From NCBI GenBank assembly GCA_964543815.1, contig CAZIZG010000006.1, positions 3,656-67,655 on the forward strand: DNA of 64,000 nt, written 5' to 3'. Under the pieces are notes generated by a model. That model made no database searches. It saw only the letters and a program-made list of their open reading frames with translations, and had not been told where the DNA came from. The stretch is from an uncultured Bdellovibrionales bacterium. Its GTDB lineage: Bacteria; Patescibacteriota; Minisyncoccia; Moranbacterales; UBA1568. The translations under genes and the position numbers were made by a program. Positions 27,585-37,720 of the stretch are shown piece after piece (the stretch's first letter is position 1; each line of letters opens with the position of its first letter).

Positions 27585-30500
27585 TTAGATTTCGGTGACT
27601 CGCTCAATTTCTTCAAAAGTTGTTTTGCCCTCGAGAGCCGCCAGCACACCATCCTGAAGGATAGTGAGCATACCTTTTTTAACGGCCGCGGCTTCAATTT
27701 CGTGAGCGAGGGATCCAGAAGCAATAAGCTCTTTAATCTCCTGATCAACCGTGAGAGCCTCAGAGAGGATTATCTGGCCATTGTAGCCGGTATTGCTGCA
27801 GGTTGGGCATCCCTTACCCCTGTGGAGTTTGAGTGTTTGAGGAATTTTAACCCCGGCTGCTTTAGGTATGGTAGCGAGAACCCTATCAAGAGTGGCTCTT
27901 TCCTGCTCGTTTGGTTCGGTTTCCGTGCTGCAGTCCGGACAGAGACGACGCACTAGACGTTGCGCAATAAAGAGGTTACTGGCATCAGCGAGGTCATCAC
28001 CGGAGACGCCCATTTTGATCAGGCGCTGTATGGTACCGGCGGCGGAGTTAGTGTGAAGGGTTGAGAGAACGAGGTGACCGGTAGCAGCGGCCTGAACGGC
28101 GATTTGAGCTGTTTCATCGTCGCGAATTTCACCAATCATGAGAATATCGGGGTTCTGGCGAAGAAGGGATCGGAGCGCCGTTGAAAAGGTATACCCCTCT
28201 TCTTCGTTAACCTGAGTTTGGAGTAAGCCCGCCATTTGATATTCAATCGGGTCTTCTACGGTAATAATTTTTATTTCCGGTCGATTAACGCGAGCCAGGA
28301 TACTATAGAGGGTAGTAGTTTTCCCGGATCCAGTTGGACCAGTATTAAGAATCATCCCGTTTGGTTTTTGGATAGCTTCAAGTATTCGGGTGAGGTTTTG
28401 TTCGCGAATATTAAGGGTATCAAGATCGAGTTTGGTGGCAGATTGATTGAGGAGACGAAGTACAACTGTTTCGCCAAAACCTCCCAAGATTATAGAGAGA
28501 CGAATATCGATGTCCTTTTCTGTTGTTCCGGGGAGAGGGCTTTCAAAATGAATAGCAAAACGTCCATCAGTAATACCGGCCCGCTCGCCGCTCTTCAGGC
28601 CAGCGAGTAATTTAATTTCACTTAAGAATCCTGGGTATTCATTAATAGGAAAGCGAGCGGCTGTTTTCAGGATACCATCGAGACGAAAGCGCACCTCGTA
28701 ACTATCATTGTTTGGTTCAATGTGAATATCGCCAGCCTTAAGGAGGGTGGCGGCAGCAAAAAGAAGTGGCAAGCGGATTTTGGAGTCGCTTTTCAAAGCG
28801 TAGGCACCAAAGCCATCCAAAGAGTCGAGATTTTTTTTGGTTTCGTCAAAGACAGTATTTGAAATAAAGGCACCTCGAGAAAGCTCATTGGGCATCAGTT
28901 CAGCATAGATATTTTGGAGGAGGTCGCCCTGATCAGTGACACGGAGTACTTCATCTAGGGTAGTAATGCCTCGGAGAGCTTTCAGGATGCCATCTTGTGT
29001 CATGGTGACCATACCACTCTCAAGGGCAGCTCGCAGGATATCTTGCTCGGTTCCCATTTCATTTACTATTTTTTCAATTTCGGGAGTCATTGAGAAAACC
29101 TCATAGATACCAACGCGACCTTTGTAGCCTGAAAAGTTACAGGCGACACAGCCGACCGCTTTCCAGAGCACCTCTACTTTGTTAGGAACGGAAATTTTCG
29201 CTTTAGGCGAAACAATGGTAATGAATTTAATGATTGAATCAAGGGTCTCTTTGGCGGGGGTATAGGAGACTTTGCACTGTGGGCAAAGCGTACGAACAAG
29301 CCGCTGGGCGATAAGAATTTTGATAGCCGAGGTGATGAGCGATGGCCGTACCCCGAGTTCCAGGAGGCGCGGTATGGAGGCGGGAGCACTGTTAGAGTGA
29401 AGGGTAGAAAGAACAAGGTGGCCAGTAAGGGCGGCATTGATAGCGATATCAGCCGTTTCATCGTCGCGAATTTCCCCCACGAGTATAACGTCAGGATCCT
29501 GACGTACCACGGCTCGGAGGGCAGTAGCAAAGGTGTACTTTTTATCTTTGGACACTTCAGTTTGGACAATGCCGGGAAGCGAATATTCAATTGGGTCTTC
29601 CACAGTGATAATTTTTGTGCCAGGGCGGTTGATATGGTGAAGGAGCGTATAAAGAGTAGTGGTTTTCCCGGACCCAGTTGGACCGGTATTAAGGATAAGG
29701 CCATTGGGTTTTTCGATAGCCGCCATCACCATTTCCGAAACAAGTCCCTGGAGGCCAAGGCTATCGATGTCGTTGGAGATGCTGTCACCCGAGAGGAGAC
29801 GCATGTTGATACTCTCAGCATACTTTCCCGGGATAATATTAACCCGAATATCGACTCGCTTTCCGTCTATTTCAACAAAAAAGTGGCCATCCTGGGCTTC
29901 TTTGCGAATGTTTAGACGCATTTTCCCAAGCATTTTGATACGGGAAAGCATGAGAGCGTACACTTCTACAGGGAGATTGCCAATGTCCTGAAGGATACCA
30001 TCAATACGGTAGCGCAGTCTCACTTGGTGTTCTTCTGGTTCGAGATGAATGTCGCTGGTATCAAGTTTTTTTGCTCCGGTCAAGATAACCTCCATGGCCT
30101 TGGTGGTATTGGAAGATTGTCCCTTGTGAAGACTAATGAGTTCTTTAAAGTTAGCCTCGAATTTTTCAAGGTCAGTTCCGCTAAGTGAAACGCGAACTAA
30201 ATCAAGATTATCAAGGAGGGTGCGTTTGTGATTGTATTGTTCCCAGGCTTTCTCCAGGGAGGCCTCAGAAACGACATAAAGTTCACTCTTGGCACTGTGT
30301 TCTTCTGTGAACTTGTTTATAAATGCAGTAACAGACTCGTTCTCTGGATTCGTGGTAGCAAAAAGATAGAGAGTATCTTTTTTATGAAAGATAGTGAGAC
30401 GAAGTCTTTCGGAGTCCTCGCGTGTCATAAGGAAGACTGTCTCGGCATCTACTGGAAACACATTTAAATCAATGTAGGGAAGACTAAATTTTTGACCGAG

Positions 30501-30611
30501 CATCGCCGCTTCACTTTCTTTGGATTGGGCCTGCAGCTTTCCCAGAATCTCCTCTACTTGTTCTTCTTTGTCGGTTAATTTGGCAGAATCTTGACGAACA
30601 ACTTGAACCAT
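27585..30611 (-). CDS. Tandem-duplicated type II secretion / type IV pilus assembly ATPase (two complete GspE/PilB modules in one 1008-aa polypeptide)
   Basis: Two copies each of Walker A (LNTGPTGSGKTTTLY), Asp box/Walker B (ILVGEIRD / ILMIGEIRD), His box (LSTLH) and tetracysteine motifs (CPQC...CVAC; CPDC...CPTC). Both halves are preceded by N1/N2-like domains. Confidence 0.85.
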   Translation of the reverse strand: MVQVVRQDSAKLTDKEEQVEEILGKLQAQSKESEAAMLGQKFSLPYIDLNVFPVDAETVFLMTREDSERLRLTIFHKKDTLYLFATTNPENESVTAFINKFTEEHSAKSELYVVSEASLEKAWEQYNHKRTLLDNLDLVRVSLSGTDLEKFEANFKELISLHKGQSSNTTKAMEVILTGAKKLDTSDIHLEPEEHQVRLRYRIDGILQDIGNLPVEVYALMLSRIKMLGKMRLNIRKEAQDGHFFVEIDGKRVDIRVNIIPGKYAESINMRLLSGDSISNDIDSLGLQGLVSEMVMAAIEKPNGLILNTGPTGSGKTTTLYTLLHHINRPGTKIITVEDPIEYSLPGIVQTEVSKDKKYTFATALRAVVRQDPDVILVGEIRDDETADIAINAALTGHLVLSTLHSNSAPASIPRLLELGVRPSLITSAIKILIAQRLVRTLCPQCKVSYTPAKETLDSIIKFITIVSPKAKISVPNKVEVLWKAVGCVACNFSGYKGRVGIYEVFSMTPEIEKIVNEMGTEQDILRAALESGMVTMTQDGILKALRGITTLDEVLRVTDQGDLLQNIYAELMPNELSRGAFISNTVFDETKKNLDSLDGFGAYALKSDSKIRLPLLFAAATLLKAGDIHIEPNNDSYEVRFRLDGILKTAARFPINEYPGFLSEIKLLAGLKSGERAGITDGRFAIHFESPLPGTTEKDIDIRLSIILGGFGETVVLRLLNQSATKLDLDTLNIREQNLTRILEAIQKPNGMILNTGPTGSGKTTTLYSILARVNRPEIKIITVEDPIEYQMAGLLQTQVNEEEGYTFSTALRSLLRQNPDILMIGEIRDDETAQIAVQAAATGHLVLSTLHTNSAAGTIQRLIKMGVSGDDLADASNLFIAQRLVRRLCPDCSTETEPNEQERATLDRVLATIPKAAGVKIPQTLKLHRGKGCPTCSNTGYNGQIILSEALTVDQEIKELIASGSLAHEIEAAAVKKGMLTILQDGVLAALEGKTTFEEIERVTEI

Positions 30612-30676
30612 ACGTTTGTATTAGAGTTTGCAGATTTTTCTTTGTTCTATTGTACCTCAAATTCTCTCACAGAAGC

Positions 30677-30708
30677 AAAAAAGTCGCCCTGTTGCGGCGA
30701 CTTTTTTA
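30677..30708 (-). terminator. Intrinsic terminator downstream of the DHH gene
   Basis: aaaaaaGTCGCCctgttGCGGCGACtttttt, a symmetric hairpin with flanking A/T runs. Confidence 0.65.
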
Positions 30709-30723
30709 GTGATACTTTTCTCG

Positions 30724-31989
30724 TTATTTTATTGCGAGGAGCCCCTGCATTTTTTCGATGGCCAAGTGTTCTGCTTCATCGAGGCTATTGACAGTGAGGG
30801 CAAATTCCAGTGTGTCGCCATGAAGTATTCCTTCTTTAAAGCGATTGGCCAAGAGAGTAATGCTTTCAAGGGTTGCTGATTTGATAAGTCCGCGCACCTG
30901 GGTGTGGCTTTCAGGATAGAGAATCATGAAGTATTGAGCAGAGGAGTAGTTGCCACGGATTTTTTCAAGAACCAGAGGAAGGTCATTGGCGGCAGCTCGT
31001 GCTTGTACGAGATCTTCTACGCTGACTTGCGCCCAGATAAGCTTCAGCTGTTCGTTCCACTTCACGTTGGCCATAACCCGTCCCCAGAGTTTGAGGAGGT
31101 GGAGGGGTTGAGTTTTGTAGAGTGAGCGGATGATTTTTTGTTGGTCAGCACCCTGATCCATGAGTCGTGAGGCAATCTGAAGCGCCTTGGGGGTAGTATT
31201 TTTCTTTTGAAAGCTTTCCGTGGCAGCAATAATACCAGAAAGAAGACTCTCGCTTACATTTTCTGGCAGCGTACCACGTGTACTCTTTTCAAGGATATCC
31301 GCCAGGATTTCTGCGGTGGAGGAGGCGGTGATATCGACGAGGTTCACCTGACCAAAGAGTTCGTTATCAGAGTGATTGTCGATGTTGACGATGGGGACTT
31401 CGTAGAAAATGTCCGGGTTTTCTTCATAGACTTTACCTAAATGCTCCTTATCTGGTGAGCCAATGACAATGGCGAGGTCAAACTTAAATTTGGCTGGGAT
31501 GAAAGAAAAATCACGCGGATCAATAGCGCCGTTTTCTGGTGTCAGAAAAATACGGAGTTCGTCTGGGGTGGTCTCGGTGCGGACGTTTAAAATCTTATTC
31601 CTCGCTGTGCTGAAGGTTAGGACGAAATCACGAGCCCCAGTAATCGAGGGAAGGAGGGTATCTGGTTCGCCAATGAAAGAAAGAAATTCCTTGTCCTTCT
31701 GAATATTTTCTCCGGACAATGAAACGTCTTTCCCGATTTGTTTCAGGAAAAAAGTGAGGGCAAAAGCAGTGGCGACAGCATCACGGTTCGGATAGCTTGG
31801 AAGGATGACAAGGGGAGTAGTAGTTTTTTTGAGGAGTTCTTCAAATTGCTGGGCGGGAGTGAGGGACATATACAGACAAATATCAAAATCCAAATACTGA
31901 ACATCAAAACTTTTCTTTAAAAGAAAAGCGAGATAGTCAAAGGTATCAGAGTAAGGGGCCGGTGTCAAATGAGGAACCTCGCTCGCCAA
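30724..31989 (-). CDS. DHH-family phosphoesterase (NrnA-like)
   Basis: 421 aa. DHH-like motif region (ILPSYPNRDAVATAFAL) and Asp-rich metal-binding segments. No firm subfamily assignment. Confidence 0.5.
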   Translation of the reverse strand: MASEVPHLTPAPYSDTFDYLAFLLKKSFDVQYLDFDICLYMSLTPAQQFEELLKKTTTPLVILPSYPNRDAVATAFALTFFLKQIGKDVSLSGENIQKDKEFLSFIGEPDTLLPSITGARDFVLTFSTARNKILNVRTETTPDELRIFLTPENGAIDPRDFSFIPAKFKFDLAIVIGSPDKEHLGKVYEENPDIFYEVPIVNIDNHSDNELFGQVNLVDITASSTAEILADILEKSTRGTLPENVSESLLSGIIAATESFQKKNTTPKALQIASRLMDQGADQQKIIRSLYKTQPLHLLKLWGRVMANVKWNEQLKLIWAQVSVEDLVQARAAANDLPLVLEKIRGNYSSAQYFMILYPESHTQVRGLIKSATLESITLLANRFKEGILHGDTLEFALTVNSLDEAEHLAIEKMQGLLAIK

Positions 31990-32017
31990 AACTATAGTTT
32001 CACGTTAGGATGATGGC

Positions 32018-32473
32018 ATGGAAAATTCTGTTTTGACTACCCATTCTACCGAAGAAACACGCTCCTTCGGCTATCGGCTTGCGAGTGAGTTATTGCCTGG
32101 GACACCCCTCTGTCTCAACGGTGATTTGGGAGCGGGGAAAACAACTCTCGTGCAGGGATTACTTGAAGGACTGGGTGCCTATCGGCCCTATGTCAGTCCG
32201 ACCTTTGTCATTATGAAACAGTACGATTTGCCACAGGCGACGACAAATGGCATCAAGCGCGTTTATCACGCTGATGCCTATCGGGTTGGCGTAAAAGACT
32301 TTGATGAAATTGGTTTCGCAGAGTGGTGTGCGGATCCTGATGGCCTCGTTATTCTTGAATGGCCCGAGCGCATAGCAGACATTCTTCCTGAAAAAAGAAT
32401 CGATGTCACTCTTAAATTTCTCTCTGAAACGGACAGGAAAATATCTGTAAAGAAATTTACAACGAGTCTATAA
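32018..32473 (+). CDS. tsaE: tRNA threonylcarbamoyladenosine biosynthesis protein TsaE
   Basis: 151 aa. P-loop GDLGAGKTTLVQGL, typical YjeE architecture. Confidence 0.85.
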   Translation: MENSVLTTHSTEETRSFGYRLASELLPGTPLCLNGDLGAGKTTLVQGLLEGLGAYRPYVSPTFVIMKQYDLPQATTNGIKRVYHADAYRVGVKDFDEIGFAEWCADPDGLVILEWPERIADILPEKRIDVTLKFLSETDRKISVKKFTTSL

Positions 32474-32475
32474 TT

Positions 32476-35097
32476 ATGGAAAAACATCCAAAAATTCTTG
32501 TTTTGCTTGATGGGAACGCTCTTATTCATCGGGCGTACCATGCGCTCCCGCCGCTTACTACCAAAAATGGCGAGACGGTGCAGGCGGTCTATGGGTTTGC
32601 AATGACCCTTCTCTCAGTGCTTGAGAAATTTCATCCAGAATATATCGCGGCGACGTTTGATCTCGAGGGTCCGACCTTTCGAGATGATTTGTATGAGGAA
32701 TACAAGGCTACTCGGACAGCTGCTCCAGATGACCTCTACGCGCAGATTCCTCGGGTGAAAGAATTGGTGAAGGCATTCAATATTCCTATTTATGAACAGG
32801 AGGGGTATGAGGCCGATGATGTTATCGGAACGCTCGCCAAGCAGTCAGAGAACGAGGACATTCAGGTCATTATTGTAACGGGAGACAGTGATGAGCTTCA
32901 GCTCGTAACGCCTCAGGTTAAGGTGTTTATGCTTCGGAAGGGTATCAAGGATATTGCTCTCTATGATGAAGCGGCCGTGGAAAAGAAATATGGCTTTGGC
33001 CCGGCGTTCATCCCTGACTACAAGGGCCTGGCCGGAGATACCTCTGATAATATCCCAGGAGTGACTGGGGTAGGCGCTAAAACCGCTACGACGCTTATAG
33101 AACAGTTTGGTACTCTTGAAAATATCTATGAGCACTTGTCGGAAATAAAGGAATCGGTGCGGAAAAAACTTGAAGGAGACCGGAAAAACGCCTTTCTTTC
33201 TAAGCGGCTCGGAACGATTCATCGTGAAGCACCAGTCAAGCTCGACCTTTCTCTCTGTGTCGCTAGAGACTATGATCGCACCGTGGTCAACACGCTCTTT
33301 CAGGAATTGGGTTTTTTTAGTCTTATCAAGCGATTCTCTGGGAATGAAGCACTGGGAGAGGGTCGTCAAAAAAAAGTATCTGGAGTAAAAAAAATAAAAG
33401 AGCGAGAACTCAAGACAGAAAAGAGTATCATTGATTTTCTCAAGGAGACCAATGGTAAACCGGTGGCTCTTTTTATTAAAAAAGAAACAGCATCCCTATT
33501 CGGTGGCGCTGGTATACAGTCACTTCATCTTGCTTCTATGGCTGACGAAGGTGTTGTTATTGTTTGGAATGAGGAAAATAAAGAAAGGATTCAGGCGTTT
33601 TTGGAGGACGGAGAGCGAAAGAAAATAGTCTATGATGGCAAGACGATGATGCATGCTTTCGCCAAGGAGGGAATAGTGCTTCGTGGAATTTCTTTCGATG
33701 TGATGCTTGCTGCCTATATCATTAATTCTGGGAGTAACGTCGAGCTTGACTACCTGGTGCTCGTTGAATGGAGTGAGGAGCCACCGTATTTTGAAGCGCC
33801 CTATATTTTGAAACTCGAAGCACGTTATCAGGAAAAATTAGATGAAATTGCTCGTACCCAAAAATCTGGAAAAACCATCCGGACGGTTTTGGAGTTTATT
33901 GAAATGCCCCTCCTCCCTATTTTGTTTGCTATGGAGAAACAGGGGGTTATCCTGAATACCAAAAAATTTCAATCCCTGTCAGATCAGCTGGCCGAAGAAT
34001 TGAAAAATTTGGAGACAGATATTTATGCTCTCTCTGGTCGGGAGTTCAATATCAATTCGCCCAAGCAACTATCAGAAATACTTTTTGTTGATTTGAAAAT
34101 CCCCACCCAGTTTATCAAGAAGACCAAGACAGGCATTTCGACGGCCTCCTCAGAACTACAAAAACTACAAGAATATCCCATCGTACAAAAAATTGAACAC
34201 TACCGAGAATTATTCAAATTAAAAACAACATATCTTGATGCGCTTCCGCTTCTGGTGGATGATGTCTCGCGACTTCATACGACCTACTATCAGGCGGTAG
34301 CATCAACAGGACGCCTTTCTTCCTCTGACCCGAATCTTCAGAATATTCCGGCCCGGGGAGAATGGAGCAAGCGGGTACGTGGTGCGTTTGAACCAGAACC
34401 AGGATGTGTTTTTGTTGGGGCGGACTATTCTCAGATTGAGCTCCGGGTAATGGCTCATTTGAGCCAAGATAAGGCATTACTTGAGGCTTTCAAGCGAGGG
34501 GAGGATATTCATAGGACGACAGCTTCCGTGGTGTTTAAAGTAGCACCGGAAAAAGTGACATCGGATATGCGGCGTCAGGCTAAAGTTTTCAACTTCGGTA
34601 TTCTCTATGGTATGGGTGCCTATGGGCTGGCTCAGGCGGCGGAGATTGATCAGAAGACAGCAGCTACATTTATTACGGAGTATTTTCAGAAATTTTCGGG
34701 AGTGAAGCGACTGATTGAAGAGATGAAGGAGGGAGCGCGTCAGTGTCATTATGTCGAAACAGAGCTTGGACGACGACGGTATACTCCAGAAATTGAAAGT
34801 CCCAATGTCCAGGTGGCACGCGCGGCAGAACGAATGGCCATCAATATGCCAGTTCAGGGATTGGCTGCTGATATTATGAAGCTCGCCATGATTGCTGTAG
34901 CCAAGATGATTGAAGAGAAATATAAAGAAGAAGTGACTATGGTCCTCCAGGTTCATGACGAACTTATCTTTGAAGTAAAAGAACGGGTAGCAAGCGAATT
35001 CGCCGAGGCGGTGAAGCAGACGATGGCTCTGGCTTATCCACTTTCGGTACCACTCTTGGCTGAGACGGCCATCGGAAAAAATTGGGGAGAGATATAA
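32476..35097 (+). CDS. polA: DNA polymerase I
   Basis: 873 aa. 5'-3' exonuclease N-terminus, polymerase motifs (RRQAKVFNFGILYGMG, QVHDELIFE). Confidence 0.95.
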   Translation: MEKHPKILVLLDGNALIHRAYHALPPLTTKNGETVQAVYGFAMTLLSVLEKFHPEYIAATFDLEGPTFRDDLYEEYKATRTAAPDDLYAQIPRVKELVKAFNIPIYEQEGYEADDVIGTLAKQSENEDIQVIIVTGDSDELQLVTPQVKVFMLRKGIKDIALYDEAAVEKKYGFGPAFIPDYKGLAGDTSDNIPGVTGVGAKTATTLIEQFGTLENIYEHLSEIKESVRKKLEGDRKNAFLSKRLGTIHREAPVKLDLSLCVARDYDRTVVNTLFQELGFFSLIKRFSGNEALGEGRQKKVSGVKKIKERELKTEKSIIDFLKETNGKPVALFIKKETASLFGGAGIQSLHLASMADEGVVIVWNEENKERIQAFLEDGERKKIVYDGKTMMHAFAKEGIVLRGISFDVMLAAYIINSGSNVELDYLVLVEWSEEPPYFEAPYILKLEARYQEKLDEIARTQKSGKTIRTVLEFIEMPLLPILFAMEKQGVILNTKKFQSLSDQLAEELKNLETDIYALSGREFNINSPKQLSEILFVDLKIPTQFIKKTKTGISTASSELQKLQEYPIVQKIEHYRELFKLKTTYLDALPLLVDDVSRLHTTYYQAVASTGRLSSSDPNLQNIPARGEWSKRVRGAFEPEPGCVFVGADYSQIELRVMAHLSQDKALLEAFKRGEDIHRTTASVVFKVAPEKVTSDMRRQAKVFNFGILYGMGAYGLAQAAEIDQKTAATFITEYFQKFSGVKRLIEEMKEGARQCHYVETELGRRRYTPEIESPNVQVARAAERMAINMPVQGLAADIMKLAMIAVAKMIEEKYKEEVTMVLQVHDELIFEVKERVASEFAEAVKQTMALAYPLSVPLLAETAIGKNWGEI

Positions 35098-35103
35098 TGC
35101 ACG

Positions 35104-35132
35104 AAAAAACCAGCTGGGAAGCTGGTTTTTTT
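35104..35132 (+). terminator. Bidirectional intrinsic terminator between polA and the convergent small ORF
   Basis: aaaaaaCCAGCTgggaAGCTGGttttttt. Confidence 0.7.
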
Positions 35133-35139
35133 ATCCTAT

Positions 35140-35424
35140 TTAATTTTGATGACGTCTGATAACTTCATCGAGTCTCGTTCGTAGTTTAGCGAGAGCCTCC
35201 AGGGTTTCAGCGTCTGGTTGGGTATTATTTTCCAACCGAGTAATTGCTTCGCTTAGCTGATCGATGTCAGCGCCATTGATGGCGGCATCTCGGACCATTT
35301 CTGCGCTGGCAGGTGGATTTAATCTTTTTTTATCCCAGGCCCCTTGATATCCCGCTTCACCAGGAGTCGTGACTTTCAGTTTGTCTTGTTCCTCAAGATC
35401 TAGATTTAAATTTTCGAACCCCAT
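35140..35424 (-). CDS. Hypothetical acidic small protein
   Basis: 94 aa, no recognisable motif. Convergent with polA. Confidence 0.35.
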   Translation of the reverse strand: MGFENLNLDLEEQDKLKVTTPGEAGYQGAWDKKRLNPPASAEMVRDAAINGADIDQLSEAITRLENNTQPDAETLEALAKLRTRLDEVIRRHQN

Positions 35425-35590
35425 ATCGTTTGTTTAGAGATTATTTTCTTAAAAAGAAAAAGAACCGTGTCCACCCGGTTCTTTCGCTTCTTTTACTCCT
35501 CTAGTATAGCAGAAAGAGGGCCCTAAGTCAATGATGAACGCTTGATTTTTTACCAGAAATCTTAGATGATACGATATCAATCAATGAACT

Positions 35591-36439
35591 ATGCCCGAAC
35601 TTCCCGAGGTCCAAACCGTTGTGACGCAAATCGGAAAAAAAATCACCGGGAAAACCCTGGTTCGTTTTTGGACTGATTGGGATAAAAAAGTTTTGGAACC
35701 ACTTCCAAAGTTCCGAAAGCTTATCAGAGGGGCCAAGGTTCTTGGTACGCGACGATTTGGAAAAACGATTGTGATTGATCTCGATAACGAGTATTCATTG
35801 GTGATTCATCTCAAGATGACAGGACACCTCCTCTACAAGGACCAGCAGAATGAGGGAGCTAAAGAGTGGCGGGATCCCATTAATCAATTTATTCGTCACC
35901 GATTTCTGTTTTCTGATGGATCCCGAGTTGATTTTTCGGATATGCGGAAGTTTGGTTGGGTGGATATTTGTCAAACAAGTAGGGTCACACAGCATCGGCA
36001 CATTGAAAAACTCGGCATCGATGCTCTGGCCAAGGAGTTTACGGTGGGAAAATTTCGAGGTTTTCTTGAGCGTGCTCCTAAAAAACCAATCGGACTCCTT
36101 CTTCTCGAACAAGAGAAAATCGCTGGTATTGGCAATATTTATCGGAGCGAAGCTCTCTTTCGAGCGGGGGTCCTTCCTGAGAGACGTGCTGGTCAAGTGA
36201 ATGTCAAAGAGGCAGAAATTCTTCATGAGAAAATCAAGGAGGTGCTTCGAGAGGCAGTGAGGCTAAGAGGGACAACGGACGGTGATTTTCGTGACACGAA
36301 TGGCAAGCAAGGGGGGTTTCAGAAACGGCTCTACGTCTATGGACGTACCGGGAAACCCTGCAAGAAATGTGGTACAATGATAGAGCGAAAAAAAATCGGC
36401 AGTCGGAGTGTTTTTTTCTGCTCTTCCTGCCAGCAGTGA
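35591..36439 (+). CDS. mutM: Formamidopyrimidine-DNA glycosylase
   Basis: MPELPEVQTVV N-terminus (catalytic Pro2/Glu3), H2TH region, C-terminal CxxC...CxxC zinc finger (CKKCGT...CSSC). Confidence 0.9.
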   Translation: MPELPEVQTVVTQIGKKITGKTLVRFWTDWDKKVLEPLPKFRKLIRGAKVLGTRRFGKTIVIDLDNEYSLVIHLKMTGHLLYKDQQNEGAKEWRDPINQFIRHRFLFSDGSRVDFSDMRKFGWVDICQTSRVTQHRHIEKLGIDALAKEFTVGKFRGFLERAPKKPIGLLLLEQEKIAGIGNIYRSEALFRAGVLPERRAGQVNVKEAEILHEKIKEVLREAVRLRGTTDGDFRDTNGKQGGFQKRLYVYGRTGKPCKKCGTMIERKKIGSRSVFFCSSCQQ

Positions 36440-36462
36440 GTAATTTCTTTGAATCTTGTGTT

Positions 36463-37659
36463 ATGAGTACCAAACAAAAATTGGTCATCTTGGCGGTTGT
36501 TCTCCTTCTGGGGTGGGTAGTGTACCATTTTACGTTCGGGAACAAAGAGACTCGCAAGCCAATTGAACTCAATAACAAGAACCAATCGCTCCCGACGGTG
36601 TCGAAAGACCCAGCCAATACTGGTCCAGTAGGCGCTATTTCGGGTGTTTCTTGTGCTGATTGGAATCGGCGACCAGTAGCTATCATGCAGCCGGTTGATT
36701 CTCAGGCCCGTCCAGTAGCGGGATTCTCTCAGGCGGACATGGTTTTTGAGATGCCGAACCCAGCTACGGGCATTTTCGTGACTCGTCTGATGGGGGTCTA
36801 TCAGTGTGGTAACCCGGAAGAGGTGGGGTCAATCCGGAGTGCTCGTCATGACTATATCAATGTTGCCAAAGGACTCGATGCCATTTTTGTTGGCTGGGGC
36901 GGATCAGCTTTTGCTATTAAGAAATTGAATGAAGGTGTCGTTGATAACATTGATTGTAATGATCAGGGTGGTCACAGTGGCAGTAAATACTGTTTCCGCA
37001 AGGAGCGAACAGGTCCTATGCGCATCGAAGACACTGGCTATATCAAGTTTGCCAAGGTCTGGGAAGCAGCGAAGGACTTTGGCTACCGGACCGAGAGTAA
37101 GTTTGCCGGCTATCCTCATCAGGAGGATAAAGCCATGGATGCTCGACCAAATGGTGGTCATTTGCGTATTGGTTATCCTGGTATCATGGAGGCCGAGTAC
37201 GACTATGATCGTGAAACGAATAGTTACAAGCGTACTTGGGGTGGCGTGCCGGATACTGATCGGACCAACAAAGAGCGAATCGCTCCTAAAAACATCGTAG
37301 TTGTTATCGCTGAGAATGAACAAATTTTGGCTGATGTCGATTACAAATCACGTGGAGTGCAAGATCCTTGGGCGGGGCTGGAAGATTGGGAGAAGACCGG
37401 GCCACGGAATATTTCTGGACGGTATAACAACCTTCAGCTTGGCGACCCGTGGTTTGACAGTAAAGATAGCGGAAGTGCGTACTACTATCTGAATGGCGAG
37501 CAAATTCGAGGTACCTGGAAAAAGGACAAATCCAGTGCTGAAAATAAATTAGCTTTCTTTGATGAGAGTAACAACGAAGTAAAATTTGTACCCGGACAAA
37601 TATGGGTAGAAGTAATGGTGCCTGGGCAAGCCTTTGAGTGGACCCCAGCTGCTCAGTAG
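36463..37659 (+). CDS. Secreted/membrane-anchored DUF3048-like protein
   Basis: Start taken at MSTKQKLVILAVVLLLGW (36463), because the ORF-track start at 36367 overlaps mutM. RPVAIMQPVDSQARPVAGFSQADMVFEMP...SARHDYINVAKGLDAIFVGWGGS resembles DUF3048. Confidence 0.5.
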   Translation: MSTKQKLVILAVVLLLGWVVYHFTFGNKETRKPIELNNKNQSLPTVSKDPANTGPVGAISGVSCADWNRRPVAIMQPVDSQARPVAGFSQADMVFEMPNPATGIFVTRLMGVYQCGNPEEVGSIRSARHDYINVAKGLDAIFVGWGGSAFAIKKLNEGVVDNIDCNDQGGHSGSKYCFRKERTGPMRIEDTGYIKFAKVWEAAKDFGYRTESKFAGYPHQEDKAMDARPNGGHLRIGYPGIMEAEYDYDRETNSYKRTWGGVPDTDRTNKERIAPKNIVVVIAENEQILADVDYKSRGVQDPWAGLEDWEKTGPRNISGRYNNLQLGDPWFDSKDSGSAYYYLNGEQIRGTWKKDKSSAENKLAFFDESNNEVKFVPGQIWVEVMVPGQAFEWTPAAQ

Positions 37660-37720
37660 TTTCTTCCCTTGCTAGAAGCAAAAACAGACCAATGGTCTGT
37701 TTTTTGTTATACTGAGAACG

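Noticed and set aside
29174-29915. Antisense/internal ORFs within the tandem PilB gene (29174..29704 -, 29397..29915 +, 29659..29991 +)
   Set aside because: They are embedded in a CDS with strong motif support, and their products are Pro/Ser/Arg-rich and low-complexity.
36904-37323. ORFs 36904..37323 (-) and 36929..37300 (+) inside the DUF3048-like gene
   Set aside because: Alternative frames of a confidently coding region.
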